This document shows, piece after piece, positions 29,363 through 39,411 of a stretch of 56,330 bases of DNA. Under the pieces are notes generated by a model that made no database searches, had not been told where the DNA came from, and saw only the letters and a program-made list of their open reading frames with translations. The first letter of the stretch is position 1. Every line of letters begins with the position of its first letter. The translations under genes were made by a program, and so were the position numbers. Where the stretch lies: the NCBI GenBank assembly GCA_964015995.1, contig CAXHFH010000001.1:1-56330 (forward strand), written 5' to 3'. Origin of the DNA: an uncultured Alphaproteobacteria bacterium. Its GTDB lineage: Bacteria > Pseudomonadota > Alphaproteobacteria > Micavibrionales > Micavibrionaceae.

Positions 29363-30997
29363 ATGGCGGATTCCGATCCTAAACCAAGTAAATATGCACA
29401 TTTTGAGAATGTCGCGCCAAGAAATTTGGGCGATCTTTATGAGCGTCATGCCGAGGTTGCGCGTGATATTCATCAAGATACGCTAAGGCGTTTTACAGGC
29501 AATGACACACTGACGGTTGATTTGGTGCGCGAGAGTCCTGTTAGTCCGGAGCGGGAAACGCTTGATAAAATGGCGCAATATGAAGTCATGTCGGCCAGTT
29601 CTGAATTATCTCATGCCGGTATTGTTCAATCTGCCGGACCGGCAAGCTTTGCACGTGCAAGTATGTACCGAGAGTACTTTGCAAATAATGAAATGCCGAT
29701 TTTTGTAGGTGCCGCAGGGAACACAGGGGAATATCGTGATTACGACCTTCCGCGGGTGGCAGACTTCGCACGGACAAGTTTGATTGTTGGGGAAGCCTCC
29801 TATGACGATAAAGGTAAGCCGTATGTGGAATCGCATAGTAGTGTCATTAACCCGACGCTTGTATCAGACAGTCCGTTTAATCGCGGTGAGAAATATCAAT
29901 ATTATAACCCATCTCCATCATTGGAGGGGCATGAGCACCTTATTACCAATTGGCTTGTCAGTCGTGAGCAAACGGCACGCGCGGATGCGTTTATGCTAAG
30001 TGATCCTGCTATGTCTTTTGATGCTGCCATGAATAAGGCTGCAATTGAAATTAATGAAAGTGATTACATTAATAGTGAGGTTGTACAGGCGCAGGTCGCG
30101 GATTTTATGGCATCGCCAGAGAAGTTACATGCGTTGGTTATGGCGGATATTATGAAAGACGGAACAGTTGATGCAAACGGTTTTGCAACAGGTATAGACG
30201 GAACATCGTTTTCCGCGCCAGAGCAGGCGGGCTATATTTCCGGTGCGCATTATGAACAAGAGCAAAGAGCGCAGGCGGGTAAACCAGCTTTAACGAAAGA
30301 AGAAATATCATCTATCGCGAAAATGGCGACGATTGACGTTGATCGTATCGAGGGCAACGATGCCATTATCGACCAATATAATAACTCTGCTGATTTTGAT
30401 TTTTCTGTGCCGGCTGGGCACGGCATGTTTCAACCTGAAATGTTTCGGAAATTATTAGACGAAGCTTACCTGCGTTTAGATAGAGATCCCCAAATTGATA
30501 GACAGTCGGTGATATCCAATATGAGTGCGCCCATAGACTATAAAGTCGGTACAGGTTTGGTTCATTTAAATTCTGATTTACAGCCTGAACAAAAAATCGT
30601 CGTTGATCGTACGCGTCTTGATTTTGACTTTTCTGTTCATGGTATGCCGTTCCCGGAGCATGTGGCATTGGTTAAGCCTGCAGAGGCCAGTATGGAGGCG
30701 AAGCGCTTTGAAACAGGTGCAGGGGGGAACATATTCACGGGATGGGTTCGATATGAAAATGGTTTCGGTGAAACTGTAACGGCAGAAGACAATTGGAATG
30801 CCTATTTTCCGAACGGTGAAACAACAATGATCCGTGATATGGACGTGACTGTCTATGGATATAATCAAGGTGGCTTGGTGGATCAACTGATGGATTACGC
30901 CAAAACAATAGAGCCTAACTATCCGGTGGGATTGAATCAAAAACCTGAAGAACAACAACTTGAAATTATAATGTATTCAGGTTGGCCAAAGAACTAG
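29363..30997 (+). CDS. Subtilase (S8)-like protein lacking the N-terminal part of the fold, paralog 1 (544 aa)
   Basis: GIDGTSFSAPEQAGYISGA (Ser282) resembles the GTSxAxP serine motif. FVGAAGNTG (Asn120) resembles the AAGN oxyanion motif, and RHAEVARDI (His29) resembles HGTHVAG. An in-frame TGA at 29357-29359 blocks any upstream extension. No signal peptide. Confidence 0.6.
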   Translation: MADSDPKPSKYAHFENVAPRNLGDLYERHAEVARDIHQDTLRRFTGNDTLTVDLVRESPVSPERETLDKMAQYEVMSASSELSHAGIVQSAGPASFARASMYREYFANNEMPIFVGAAGNTGEYRDYDLPRVADFARTSLIVGEASYDDKGKPYVESHSSVINPTLVSDSPFNRGEKYQYYNPSPSLEGHEHLITNWLVSREQTARADAFMLSDPAMSFDAAMNKAAIEINESDYINSEVVQAQVADFMASPEKLHALVMADIMKDGTVDANGFATGIDGTSFSAPEQAGYISGAHYEQEQRAQAGKPALTKEEISSIAKMATIDVDRIEGNDAIIDQYNNSADFDFSVPAGHGMFQPEMFRKLLDEAYLRLDRDPQIDRQSVISNMSAPIDYKVGTGLVHLNSDLQPEQKIVVDRTRLDFDFSVHGMPFPEHVALVKPAEASMEAKRFETGAGGNIFTGWVRYENGFGETVTAEDNWNAYFPNGETTMIRDMDVTVYGYNQGGLVDQLMDYAKTIEPNYPVGLNQKPEEQQLEIIMYSGWPKN

Positions 30998-31066
30998 GGA
31001 ATGAAAAAATTTATCAAGTTTTAATACACTATGATACGATAAGCATAAATAAACGGGTTAAACAAT

Positions 31067-32734
31067 ATGGCAGAACCAGAGCCATCCAAATTTGCACATT
31101 TCGAGAGCGTCAAACATAACAGTGTGTATTCTCTCTATGGTCGTCACGCCGAAGTTGCGCGTGATATTCATCAAGATGCTTTGAGACGTTTTACCGGCAA
31201 TGATGAGTTGACGGTTGATTTGGTACGCGAAAGTCCGATTGTTCCCGCATCTGAAGGAACATTAGATAGCCTTGAGCGTTATGACGTTGTTTCCGTAAGT
31301 TCTGGTGTTGGTTTAGGGGCAATTTTGCACGGCGATGGTATTGCCGGCAATGATTTGGTTAAGGCATACAGGGAAAAATTTGAAGAGCATGATATGCCGA
31401 TTTACGTGGTTTCGGCAGGCAACGAAGGAAAAACCAGAGAAACCGCTATACCCCGAGTTGCGGACTTTGCACGAAATAGCCTTGTCGTAGGGGAAGCTAA
31501 TAATTCCGGTGCGCAACCATTTGTCGAAGAACACAGCAGCAGAAATAATCCAACCCTGACATCGGACAGTCCTTTTAACCGCGGTGATAAGTATCAATAT
31601 TATGATGTAAGCCCCTCACTGGAAGGTCATGAAGACCTTATCGAGGATTGGGTTATTCAAAATGAAATTAATGCTGAATTTGATCTTTTTAAGGAGCAAA
31701 ATAAAGATCAAGAGGTCGATGATTATATGATCGGTGTCGCTTATACAGCAATTAGCAGCGCTAAATATCAGCAATATACTGAAACAGATGAAGGTAAGGC
31801 TTGGGTTAAAGAACAGGTGGATGGGTATTTGGAAAACCCTGAGACGTTACATTCCCAGATCATGGCGGAGTTCAGGGAGGACTATGATATTGATGGAAAT
31901 GGTTATGTTACAGGTATAGATGGAACATCATTTTCTGCGCCAGAACAGGCCGGATATATATCGGGAGCCATTTACGAGCAAGAGCAACGTGAAGAGAAAA
32001 ATCTTCCTGTTTTGATGAAAGATGAAATTAATACGCTGGCTAAAATGGCGACGCTTGATACGTCAGCACGTGAGGGGATGGATGATCCTATGCATTCCTA
32101 TACTAACGATGATGGCCAACAATTTGTCGTTGGTGGTGGTCACGGGGTGTTTAACCCCGATATGTTTAGGGCATTACTGGATGAGGCATACACAAAAATT
32201 GGTACTCAACCTGACATAGACAGGACATCGGTGACGACAACAATGAGCGTCGATATCCCCGAGGGACATAATGCAAATAATAGTGTGACATTAAAGTCTA
32301 ATCTTCCAGGAGGACAAGACATGGTCATAGATCGCATAAGACTTGATACACAATTCACGGTTGATGGCCGTGTGCCACATTTTGCGGTCTTGGATATACC
32401 GGGTAAAGACGAGCCGATGTTCACAGGATTGCAGGAATCAAACAGCTCTCGCGAATTTCTTGGTTGGTCGCGGATGGAGTATAAATTCGGTGAGACGTTA
32501 CCCGGTGGGCAAGATTGGAAAGTGCGCTTAGACAATGGTGGTGATGGTATTCTGCAAGAAGCCGAAGTAACGGTTTATGGCTATAATCAGGGCGGTCTTA
32601 TGGATCAAATGATGGATTACAGCAAGGAATTAGCACTTAAGATGGCACCGCAACCAGTGTCCCCAATAGAGCCATCTGCGCCAGAGCCTGAGCGCGACGG
32701 TAATGAGTTACCTATACCGGGTGGCCCACGCTAG
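31067..32734 (+). CDS. Subtilase (S8)-like protein lacking the N-terminal part of the fold, paralog 2 (555 aa)
   Basis: Collinear with paralog 1: SKFAHFESV...GRHAEVARDIHQDALRRFTGNDELTVDLVRESP, YVVSAGNEG, GIDGTSFSAPEQAGYISGA (Ser288) and VTVYGYNQGGLMDQMMDY. It has a proline-rich C-terminal tail. Confidence 0.6.
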   Translation: MAEPEPSKFAHFESVKHNSVYSLYGRHAEVARDIHQDALRRFTGNDELTVDLVRESPIVPASEGTLDSLERYDVVSVSSGVGLGAILHGDGIAGNDLVKAYREKFEEHDMPIYVVSAGNEGKTRETAIPRVADFARNSLVVGEANNSGAQPFVEEHSSRNNPTLTSDSPFNRGDKYQYYDVSPSLEGHEDLIEDWVIQNEINAEFDLFKEQNKDQEVDDYMIGVAYTAISSAKYQQYTETDEGKAWVKEQVDGYLENPETLHSQIMAEFREDYDIDGNGYVTGIDGTSFSAPEQAGYISGAIYEQEQREEKNLPVLMKDEINTLAKMATLDTSAREGMDDPMHSYTNDDGQQFVVGGGHGVFNPDMFRALLDEAYTKIGTQPDIDRTSVTTTMSVDIPEGHNANNSVTLKSNLPGGQDMVIDRIRLDTQFTVDGRVPHFAVLDIPGKDEPMFTGLQESNSSREFLGWSRMEYKFGETLPGGQDWKVRLDNGGDGILQEAEVTVYGYNQGGLMDQMMDYSKELALKMAPQPVSPIEPSAPEPERDGNELPIPGGPR

Positions 32735-33617
32735 AGGGTGATTTTTTCTTATTACGATATTCACGATAAACGATGTAAAGCTGCGCGCAGAGTATAAGTG
32801 CGGCTCCTGCAAAGACGGATAAGAAATCCAAATCGTATTTCCAGATATATAAATCCAGCATAATTGTCCATAACAAGGCGGAGTATGCAAAGGGTGTGAC
32901 TGCTGCCGCTGGCGCGAATTTATAGGCGTAAGACAGAAAAATTTGTGCACTACCGCCCGTAACACCAATCAGAACAAAAATCCATATTTCGTCATACGCG
33001 ATATATTGCCATACCCATGGCATAAACATGCCTGGGATCATCACGCCTGCAAGTATGAAATAAAACGTAATTGTCAGCGGTGATTCTGTTTTTAAGCCAC
33101 GCAGAACTGTGAACATAGAGGCGTGTAAACACGCGGCCATTAGGGCAAAAAGAAGGCCCCATAGGCTTACTTCTCCGCTGGGTTGGGCAATGATAAGTAC
33201 GCCGCACATGCCAATAAATACGGCTGTCCAACGATGAATACCTACTTGTTCTTTGAGAAAGACGAATGCCAAGACCGGCGTTAGAATAGAGGAGGTGAAA
33301 AAGATAACCGTTGCGTAAGCCATGGGAAGCTGTGATAGGGCGGCAAAGGTGACGATTAAACTCACACCGCCCATAACCGCGCGAAAGCCAACCAGCTTTG
33401 GTTTCTTTGTGTGAAAAAGATGTGTTTTTTTACTAAGAACGATGAAAAGAAAAACAGGGATAACAACAATCAGGTTTCGATAAAATGCAATCTCTGCCAC
33501 ATGATGCGTTTCTGAGAGAAATTTGGCGCATGCGCCCATTATGGCGAACAAAAAGTGCGCCATGACGCAGCACCCAATGGCAATAAAAATGCGATCCTGC
33601 CCAGTTTCTTTGTTCAT
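32712..33617 (-). CDS. EamA/DMT-family transporter (copy 2)
   Basis: Ten TM helices with the duplicated EamA pattern. Its 3' end overlaps the paralog 2 gene by 23 nt (convergent). Confidence 0.8.
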   Translation of the reverse strand: MNKETGQDRIFIAIGCCVMAHFLFAIMGACAKFLSETHHVAEIAFYRNLIVVIPVFLFIVLSKKTHLFHTKKPKLVGFRAVMGGVSLIVTFAALSQLPMAYATVIFFTSSILTPVLAFVFLKEQVGIHRWTAVFIGMCGVLIIAQPSGEVSLWGLLFALMAACLHASMFTVLRGLKTESPLTITFYFILAGVMIPGMFMPWVWQYIAYDEIWIFVLIGVTGGSAQIFLSYAYKFAPAAAVTPFAYSALLWTIMLDLYIWKYDLDFLSVFAGAALILCAQLYIVYREYRNKKKSPSSVGHPV

Positions 33618-33631
33618 CTTTTATCTCAAAA

Positions 33632-33661
33632 TAAAAAAGCCCTCATTGATAGAGGGCTTTT
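33632..33661 (-). terminator. Rho-independent terminator after ilvC
   Basis: On the minus strand: AAAGCCCTCtatcaatGAGGGCTTTTTT. Confidence 0.7.
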
Positions 33662-33688
33662 GTGAATACAGAGTCTACCTCTTAAGGT

Positions 33689-34810
<1,122 letters not shown>

Positions 34811-34853
34811 TTAGCCAAGAATCAAGCAAAAGATGGAAGAAAAGAAGAACGAT

Positions 34854-35426
34854 TTATGCGCCGATTGCGTCCTTGCCGCGCGAGATAGCGGCAATTCCTG
34901 TACGGCTGACATCGACAAGTCCAAGAGGAACCATAAGATCGATGAAGGCATTAATTTTTTCTGTTGTTCCGGTGATTTCAAATACGAATGATTCAAGCGT
35001 GCTATCAACGGCTCTGGCTCTGAAAATATCGGCACTGCGGAGGGCTTCAATACGTTTTTCACCAGTACAGTTGACTTTGATTAGGGCAAGTTCGCGCTCT
35101 ACATGTGCCCCTTCCATCGAAAGGTCTGAAACTTCAAGGACTGGCACAAGGCGTTCTAACAGAGATTTAATTTGTAAAATGACATCAGGTGTACCGCAGC
35201 TAACGATGGTTATGCGTGACAGATGCGCAGTGTGATCTGTTTCTGCTACAGTAAGGCTTTCGATGTTATACCCACGCCCACTGAATAGGCCGATAACGCG
35301 CGCCAAAACGCCAGGCTCGTTATTCACTAGGATGGCAAGGATATGTTTTTCCTTCTCCCCTTGGATAGGGGTTGGTGCGTAGACGCTTTTACTTTTCTTA
35401 CGACGTGTTGTGGTTGTTTTGGCCAT
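34854..35426 (-). CDS. ilvH: Acetolactate synthase small (regulatory) subunit
   Basis: ACT domain HILAILVNNEPGVLARVIGLFSGRGYNIESLTV followed by the C-terminal AHAS small-subunit domain. Confidence 0.9.
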   Translation of the reverse strand: MAKTTTTRRKKSKSVYAPTPIQGEKEKHILAILVNNEPGVLARVIGLFSGRGYNIESLTVAETDHTAHLSRITIVSCGTPDVILQIKSLLERLVPVLEVSDLSMEGAHVERELALIKVNCTGEKRIEALRSADIFRARAVDSTLESFVFEITGTTEKINAFIDLMVPLGLVDVSRTGIAAISRGKDAIGA

Positions 35427-35443
35427 GTTCTATCCTTTATCTC

Positions 35444-37057
35444 TTAGGGGGTCTTTTTCTTATATATGTCATAGCGTATCAAGTCTTCATTTGGTTTCTT
35501 GCGTTCCATATAATCTAAACGATCAACATCCATAGATTTTTCTAGCTCGTACCTATCCCATATTTCAGTAAATTTCTCTGGATTTTTTTCTATTAAATAA
35601 GCTCTGAAATCAAATAATTCTTCGGGCTTTGCGGGATTAGGTACCAGCCCAACAAAAATAATTTTAGGATCGTATTTATCAAAGTCTTCCGCCATCATAT
35701 TTGTATATTTTGCGGTTGCTTCGTTAAGCTCTTGCTGGTTCATCATAGCCGGCTTACCTGCGTCTAATTCATGCTGGGCATTGAGTAAGAATGCGGTGAA
35801 CCACATCGTAGGAAAACGCGATGCGTGCGGTTGGCCAGTGTAAATGGATAATTCTTGCGAAACGTTGATCATGTCATGAAGGACAAGGAATGAGCATTCT
35901 TCTTCACAATCGTTAAGGATTTTCACAAATTCTGTATCTTGATAAGAGGCATGTGTAGGGATATCAAGCTGCTTTTCGTATTTTTGTGACACGATCCAAA
36001 GCAATAATCCGGTGATTACCAAAAGGCTGAGCGTTTTTTTGAGGCCGTCTATTTTTAAGGCGTCCATCGTAAAGCTAATAAGGTATGCAATGAACAATCC
36101 GGCAGAGCAGTAAAAGAAAACATTCGCAGGGATAGCGTGATAGGCCCAACCTTTACCCTGTAATATAAAGGGGATAAAGGTCAAAACAGCGACCATGGAA
36201 AAAACAGATATAAGAGGATGGGCCTTCTTTAAAAAGATCTGGCATACGGCCAAAGGTACGATAGCCTGAACCATTAAAATGATCCCGATTTGAACCACAT
36301 TAGGCGAGATGTCAGAGGCATAATATTGAAGAATGTCGGGTAAAATAACCGCAATAAAATCAGGGAATAATATGAATATGGTACATACATACCCGATGGC
36401 CATACCGGCCAGACAGATGAAGTCGATATCTAGAAAAACGGCAAAGCGTTTCTGGTAAATCATTCTATGTAAGAAGATGGCGGCAGGCACAACGCCGTAA
36501 TGTGGCTTTAAAAGAATGAGAAAGGCGCCGGCTAATAAGACGCTGATTTTTAAAATTTTATTAAATTCAATTCGTTTCGTAATCAATATCTGTGCGAGTA
36601 CTAAAGGGAATAAGGCAAGGCCTAATATGTGGTCTTTCTGACCAAAATCATAACCAGGTTTAATTGTATTCATAACCAAAAAGACACTGAGTATTATTAC
36701 GCGCTGTTCGATGCTTAAATCATCAAATTTCTTAAGCAGTAAATTGGTAGAAAATAAAGATAACCCCAAGAGAATAAAGACATAAATGGATGTTGCGTAA
36801 TAAAGTGGAATATCTAGTGTGGATGACAGTAAGACAGGCGGTATTTGCACGATTATACTTAAGGGTAGGTTCGTATCGTAATAGGCCTCACTCATGGCCT
36901 CGCCGGAAAGTAGGCGCTCCGCTGATAAGGTTAGAAATGCAATATCAACATTGATCGCATAAGTTAGAAAACTCATTGCCCATGGCATGAGAGACAATAC
37001 GATAAAAATCAACGCCACAGCAGATAAATAAGGTAAAAATTTCTCTTCTTTGGTCAT
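35444..37057 (-). CDS. Polytopic membrane protein (537 aa; ~11 TM helices plus a ~170-aa C-terminal soluble domain), possibly GT-C-like
   Basis: The hydrophobicity pattern was read from the translation, and the first loop contains EAYYDTNLP. The gene is AT-rich relative to the flanking ilv genes. Its start overlaps the upstream stop as ATGA. The family assignment is speculative. Confidence 0.6.
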   Translation of the reverse strand: MTKEEKFLPYLSAVALIFIVLSLMPWAMSFLTYAINVDIAFLTLSAERLLSGEAMSEAYYDTNLPLSIIVQIPPVLLSSTLDIPLYYATSIYVFILLGLSLFSTNLLLKKFDDLSIEQRVIILSVFLVMNTIKPGYDFGQKDHILGLALFPLVLAQILITKRIEFNKILKISVLLAGAFLILLKPHYGVVPAAIFLHRMIYQKRFAVFLDIDFICLAGMAIGYVCTIFILFPDFIAVILPDILQYYASDISPNVVQIGIILMVQAIVPLAVCQIFLKKAHPLISVFSMVAVLTFIPFILQGKGWAYHAIPANVFFYCSAGLFIAYLISFTMDALKIDGLKKTLSLLVITGLLLWIVSQKYEKQLDIPTHASYQDTEFVKILNDCEEECSFLVLHDMINVSQELSIYTGQPHASRFPTMWFTAFLLNAQHELDAGKPAMMNQQELNEATAKYTNMMAEDFDKYDPKIIFVGLVPNPAKPEELFDFRAYLIEKNPEKFTEIWDRYELEKSMDVDRLDYMERKKPNEDLIRYDIYKKKTP

Positions 37058-37281
37058 TGTTTTTGTTCCTCTGAACTATTCCATTCTTTAATCAATGCTT
37101 TTGCTTGTTCTTCGTCCTCATCATAGACAACCCATACACGCGTTTGATCTTCCGCCAGCATTTCGCCGCGCGCACCAGATAAATAATCACCACTAATCAT
37201 CGTTTGAATTCCAACCTGTTCCAGCAGATGCGACACTATATGTGCTTCAACGCTGTTTCGTGGGTCGAAAACGATTCTCAT
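37054..37281 (-). CDS. DUF2007-like small protein (75 aa)
   Basis: MRIVFDPRNSVEAHIVSHLLEQVGIQTMISGDYL...RVWVVYDEDEEQAKALIKEW fits the DUF2007 (putative signal-transducing protein) pattern as I recall it. It starts 2 nt after the ilvI stop. Confidence 0.55.
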   Translation of the reverse strand: MRIVFDPRNSVEAHIVSHLLEQVGIQTMISGDYLSGARGEMLAEDQTRVWVVYDEDEEQAKALIKEWNSSEEQKQ

Positions 37282-37283
37282 TT

Positions 37284-39107
37284 TTAAACTAGGCTTTTAT
37301 CAAAAGCAGCTGCATCTGGTGATAAAATCATTTCGTTATGCGCCTTGCCTGATGGAATCATAGGGAAGCAATTTTCCTTTTGATCAACGCGAACATCCAC
37401 GATAGTTACACAATCCGTGGCAAGCATTTCTTCAATCACGCCATCCAACTGATCCACTGTTTCTGCGCGTAAACCTTTTCCGCCATAAGCTTCTGCCAAG
37501 GCAACGAAGTCAGGCAAACTCTCAGTATAGCTCTCGGAATAGCGCTCACCATGTAAAAGCTCTTGCCATTGGCGTACCATACCCATCCACTGATTATTCA
37601 AAATGAATATTTTCACGGGCAGATGATATTGAACGGCGGTACTCATTTCCTGAATATTCATCAAGATAGAGGCTTCGCCCGCAACATCGACAACAAGTGC
37701 GTCTTTGTGTGCCATTTGCGCGCCGACTGCGGCTGGTAAGCCGTAACCCATCGTACCAAGGCCACCAGACGTCATCCACCTGTTCGGCTCATTAAAGGGA
37801 AGGAATTGCGCCGCCCACATTTGGTGTTGGCCGACCTCTGTGGTGATATAGGTGTCACGCTCATCTTTTTCGATGTAATGGCGCAAACGCTCCAACGCGT
37901 ATTGTGGCTTAATGATTTTTTTGTCTTTTTTATAGGCAAGGCAATTTTTTGCGCGCCATTTTCCAATTTGTGTCCACCAATCCGTCATAGCGGCTTGATC
38001 CGCCTTGTAGCCTTTCTTTTTCCAAACATTGACCATGGCCTGCAGGGCTTTTGTTGCATCTGCTACAATTGGGATATCAACGGGAATATTTTTATTAATA
38101 GAGCTCGCGTCAATATCCACGTGAATTTTCTTGGAATTGGGCGAGAATTTATCGGTGCGTCCGGTGATACGGTCATCAAAACGTGCGCCAATACAAATCA
38201 TCACATCACAATCATGCATCGCCAAGTTGGCTTCGTATGTGCCATGCATGCCAAGCATGCCTAACCATTTATCATCACGAGCAGGGAACGCGCCCAAACC
38301 CATAAGGGTAGATGTAATAGGGAAGCCGGTTAATTCAACCAACTCACGTAAAAGTTCACTTGCTTCGGGGCCGGCATTAATAATGCCACCACCTGTATAA
38401 AATACTGGTTGTTTCGCACTTGCCATTAAAGCGACGGCTTCTTCTATATCTTCGATATGTGGCTCAGTCTCGGGGTTATAATGACTGTGCATTTGTGCGT
38501 GATTTTTATCGACATACGTACCTTTAGCGAATTGAATGTCTTTCGGAATATCAATCACAACAGGACCGGGTCTTCCGGAGCGCGCAACGTGGAAAGATTC
38601 GTGTACGGCACTTGCCAAATCATTAGGATCTTTCACAAGAAAGTTATGTTTTGTACAAGGGCGCGTGATACCGATGGTATCAGCCTCTTGGAAGGCGTCT
38701 GTCCCAATCAAGAATGTGGGTACTTGCCCTGTGATACAGACCAGAGGGATAGAATCAAGCATCGCATCAGCCAAACCGGTCACGGCATTTGTTGCGCCTG
38801 GCCCCGACGTCACAAGCGCACAGCCAACTTTACCCGTTGATCGTGCATATCCTTCTGCCGCATGAAGCGCGCCACCTTCTTGGCGAACCAGAACATGTTT
38901 GATTTTATTTTGTTTAAAAATTTCATCATAAATCGGCAGAACAGCACCACCCGGATAACCAAAAATAGTATCGACACCTTGCTCCTGAAGGGCTTTAATG
39001 ACCATTTCTGCGCCGGTCATTTCCTGTGTCTTTGGCTTTTTTGATGGCTTTATTTTTGCGATAATTGTTTCGCTCTTTTTTGCTTTTGTGCTGCTCATTG
39101 CTTTCAT
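37284..39107 (-). CDS. ilvI: Acetolactate synthase large (catalytic) subunit
   Basis: Thiamine-diphosphate enzyme motifs are present (GGLGTMGYGLPAAVGA..., ...ILNNQWMGMVRQWQ...), and the protein shows full-length AHAS architecture. The second ATG at 39098 has better SD spacing. Confidence 0.9.
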   Translation of the reverse strand: MKAMSSTKAKKSETIIAKIKPSKKPKTQEMTGAEMVIKALQEQGVDTIFGYPGGAVLPIYDEIFKQNKIKHVLVRQEGGALHAAEGYARSTGKVGCALVTSGPGATNAVTGLADAMLDSIPLVCITGQVPTFLIGTDAFQEADTIGITRPCTKHNFLVKDPNDLASAVHESFHVARSGRPGPVVIDIPKDIQFAKGTYVDKNHAQMHSHYNPETEPHIEDIEEAVALMASAKQPVFYTGGGIINAGPEASELLRELVELTGFPITSTLMGLGAFPARDDKWLGMLGMHGTYEANLAMHDCDVMICIGARFDDRITGRTDKFSPNSKKIHVDIDASSINKNIPVDIPIVADATKALQAMVNVWKKKGYKADQAAMTDWWTQIGKWRAKNCLAYKKDKKIIKPQYALERLRHYIEKDERDTYITTEVGQHQMWAAQFLPFNEPNRWMTSGGLGTMGYGLPAAVGAQMAHKDALVVDVAGEASILMNIQEMSTAVQYHLPVKIFILNNQWMGMVRQWQELLHGERYSESYTESLPDFVALAEAYGGKGLRAETVDQLDGVIEEMLATDCVTIVDVRVDQKENCFPMIPSGKAHNEMILSPDAAAFDKSLV

Positions 39108-39178
39108 TCCTATTCTTCGGGTTCGTAATCTAACGCATTCTTGTGGTTTTGTTTAGTGTTTCTCTTATTTTTACGCAT

Positions 39179-39216
39179 AAAAAAAGCGCCCCATTTAGTG
39201 TGGGGCGCTGCTTTTT
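39179..39216 (-). terminator. Attenuator terminator in the ilvI leader
   Basis: On the minus strand: AAAAAGCAGCGCCCCacactaaatGGGGCGCTTTTTTT. It lies between the leader-peptide stop (39234) and the ilvI start. Confidence 0.75.
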
Positions 39217-39233
39217 GAAGATTTGCGTATTAT

Positions 39234-39314
39234 TCACGCATGCAGCACCCTTCCACCGACTAGGACGACTAGCAGGAGAACCGCAACGTTAACAATGTTA
39301 AAAATCTTATTCAT
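39234..39314 (-). CDS. Ile/Val/Leu-rich leader peptide of the ilv operon (26 aa)
   Basis: MNKIFNIVNVAVLLLVVLVGGRVLHA has 14 of 26 codons as Ile, Val or Leu. The terminator follows directly. GGUGCUGC at the end of the ORF can pair with the 5' arm of the terminator (GCAGCGCC). No clear SD, which lowers confidence. Confidence 0.6.
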   Translation of the reverse strand: MNKIFNIVNVAVLLLVVLVGGRVLHA

Positions 39315-39411
39315 GCTGAAACCGTAACGCACAGAGAAATTTTGTGCAAGGAATTTTGTGTGGTATAAAGGGCGTTCACATCACAGCTTGCGCGAATTAC
39401 GCGATTTTATC

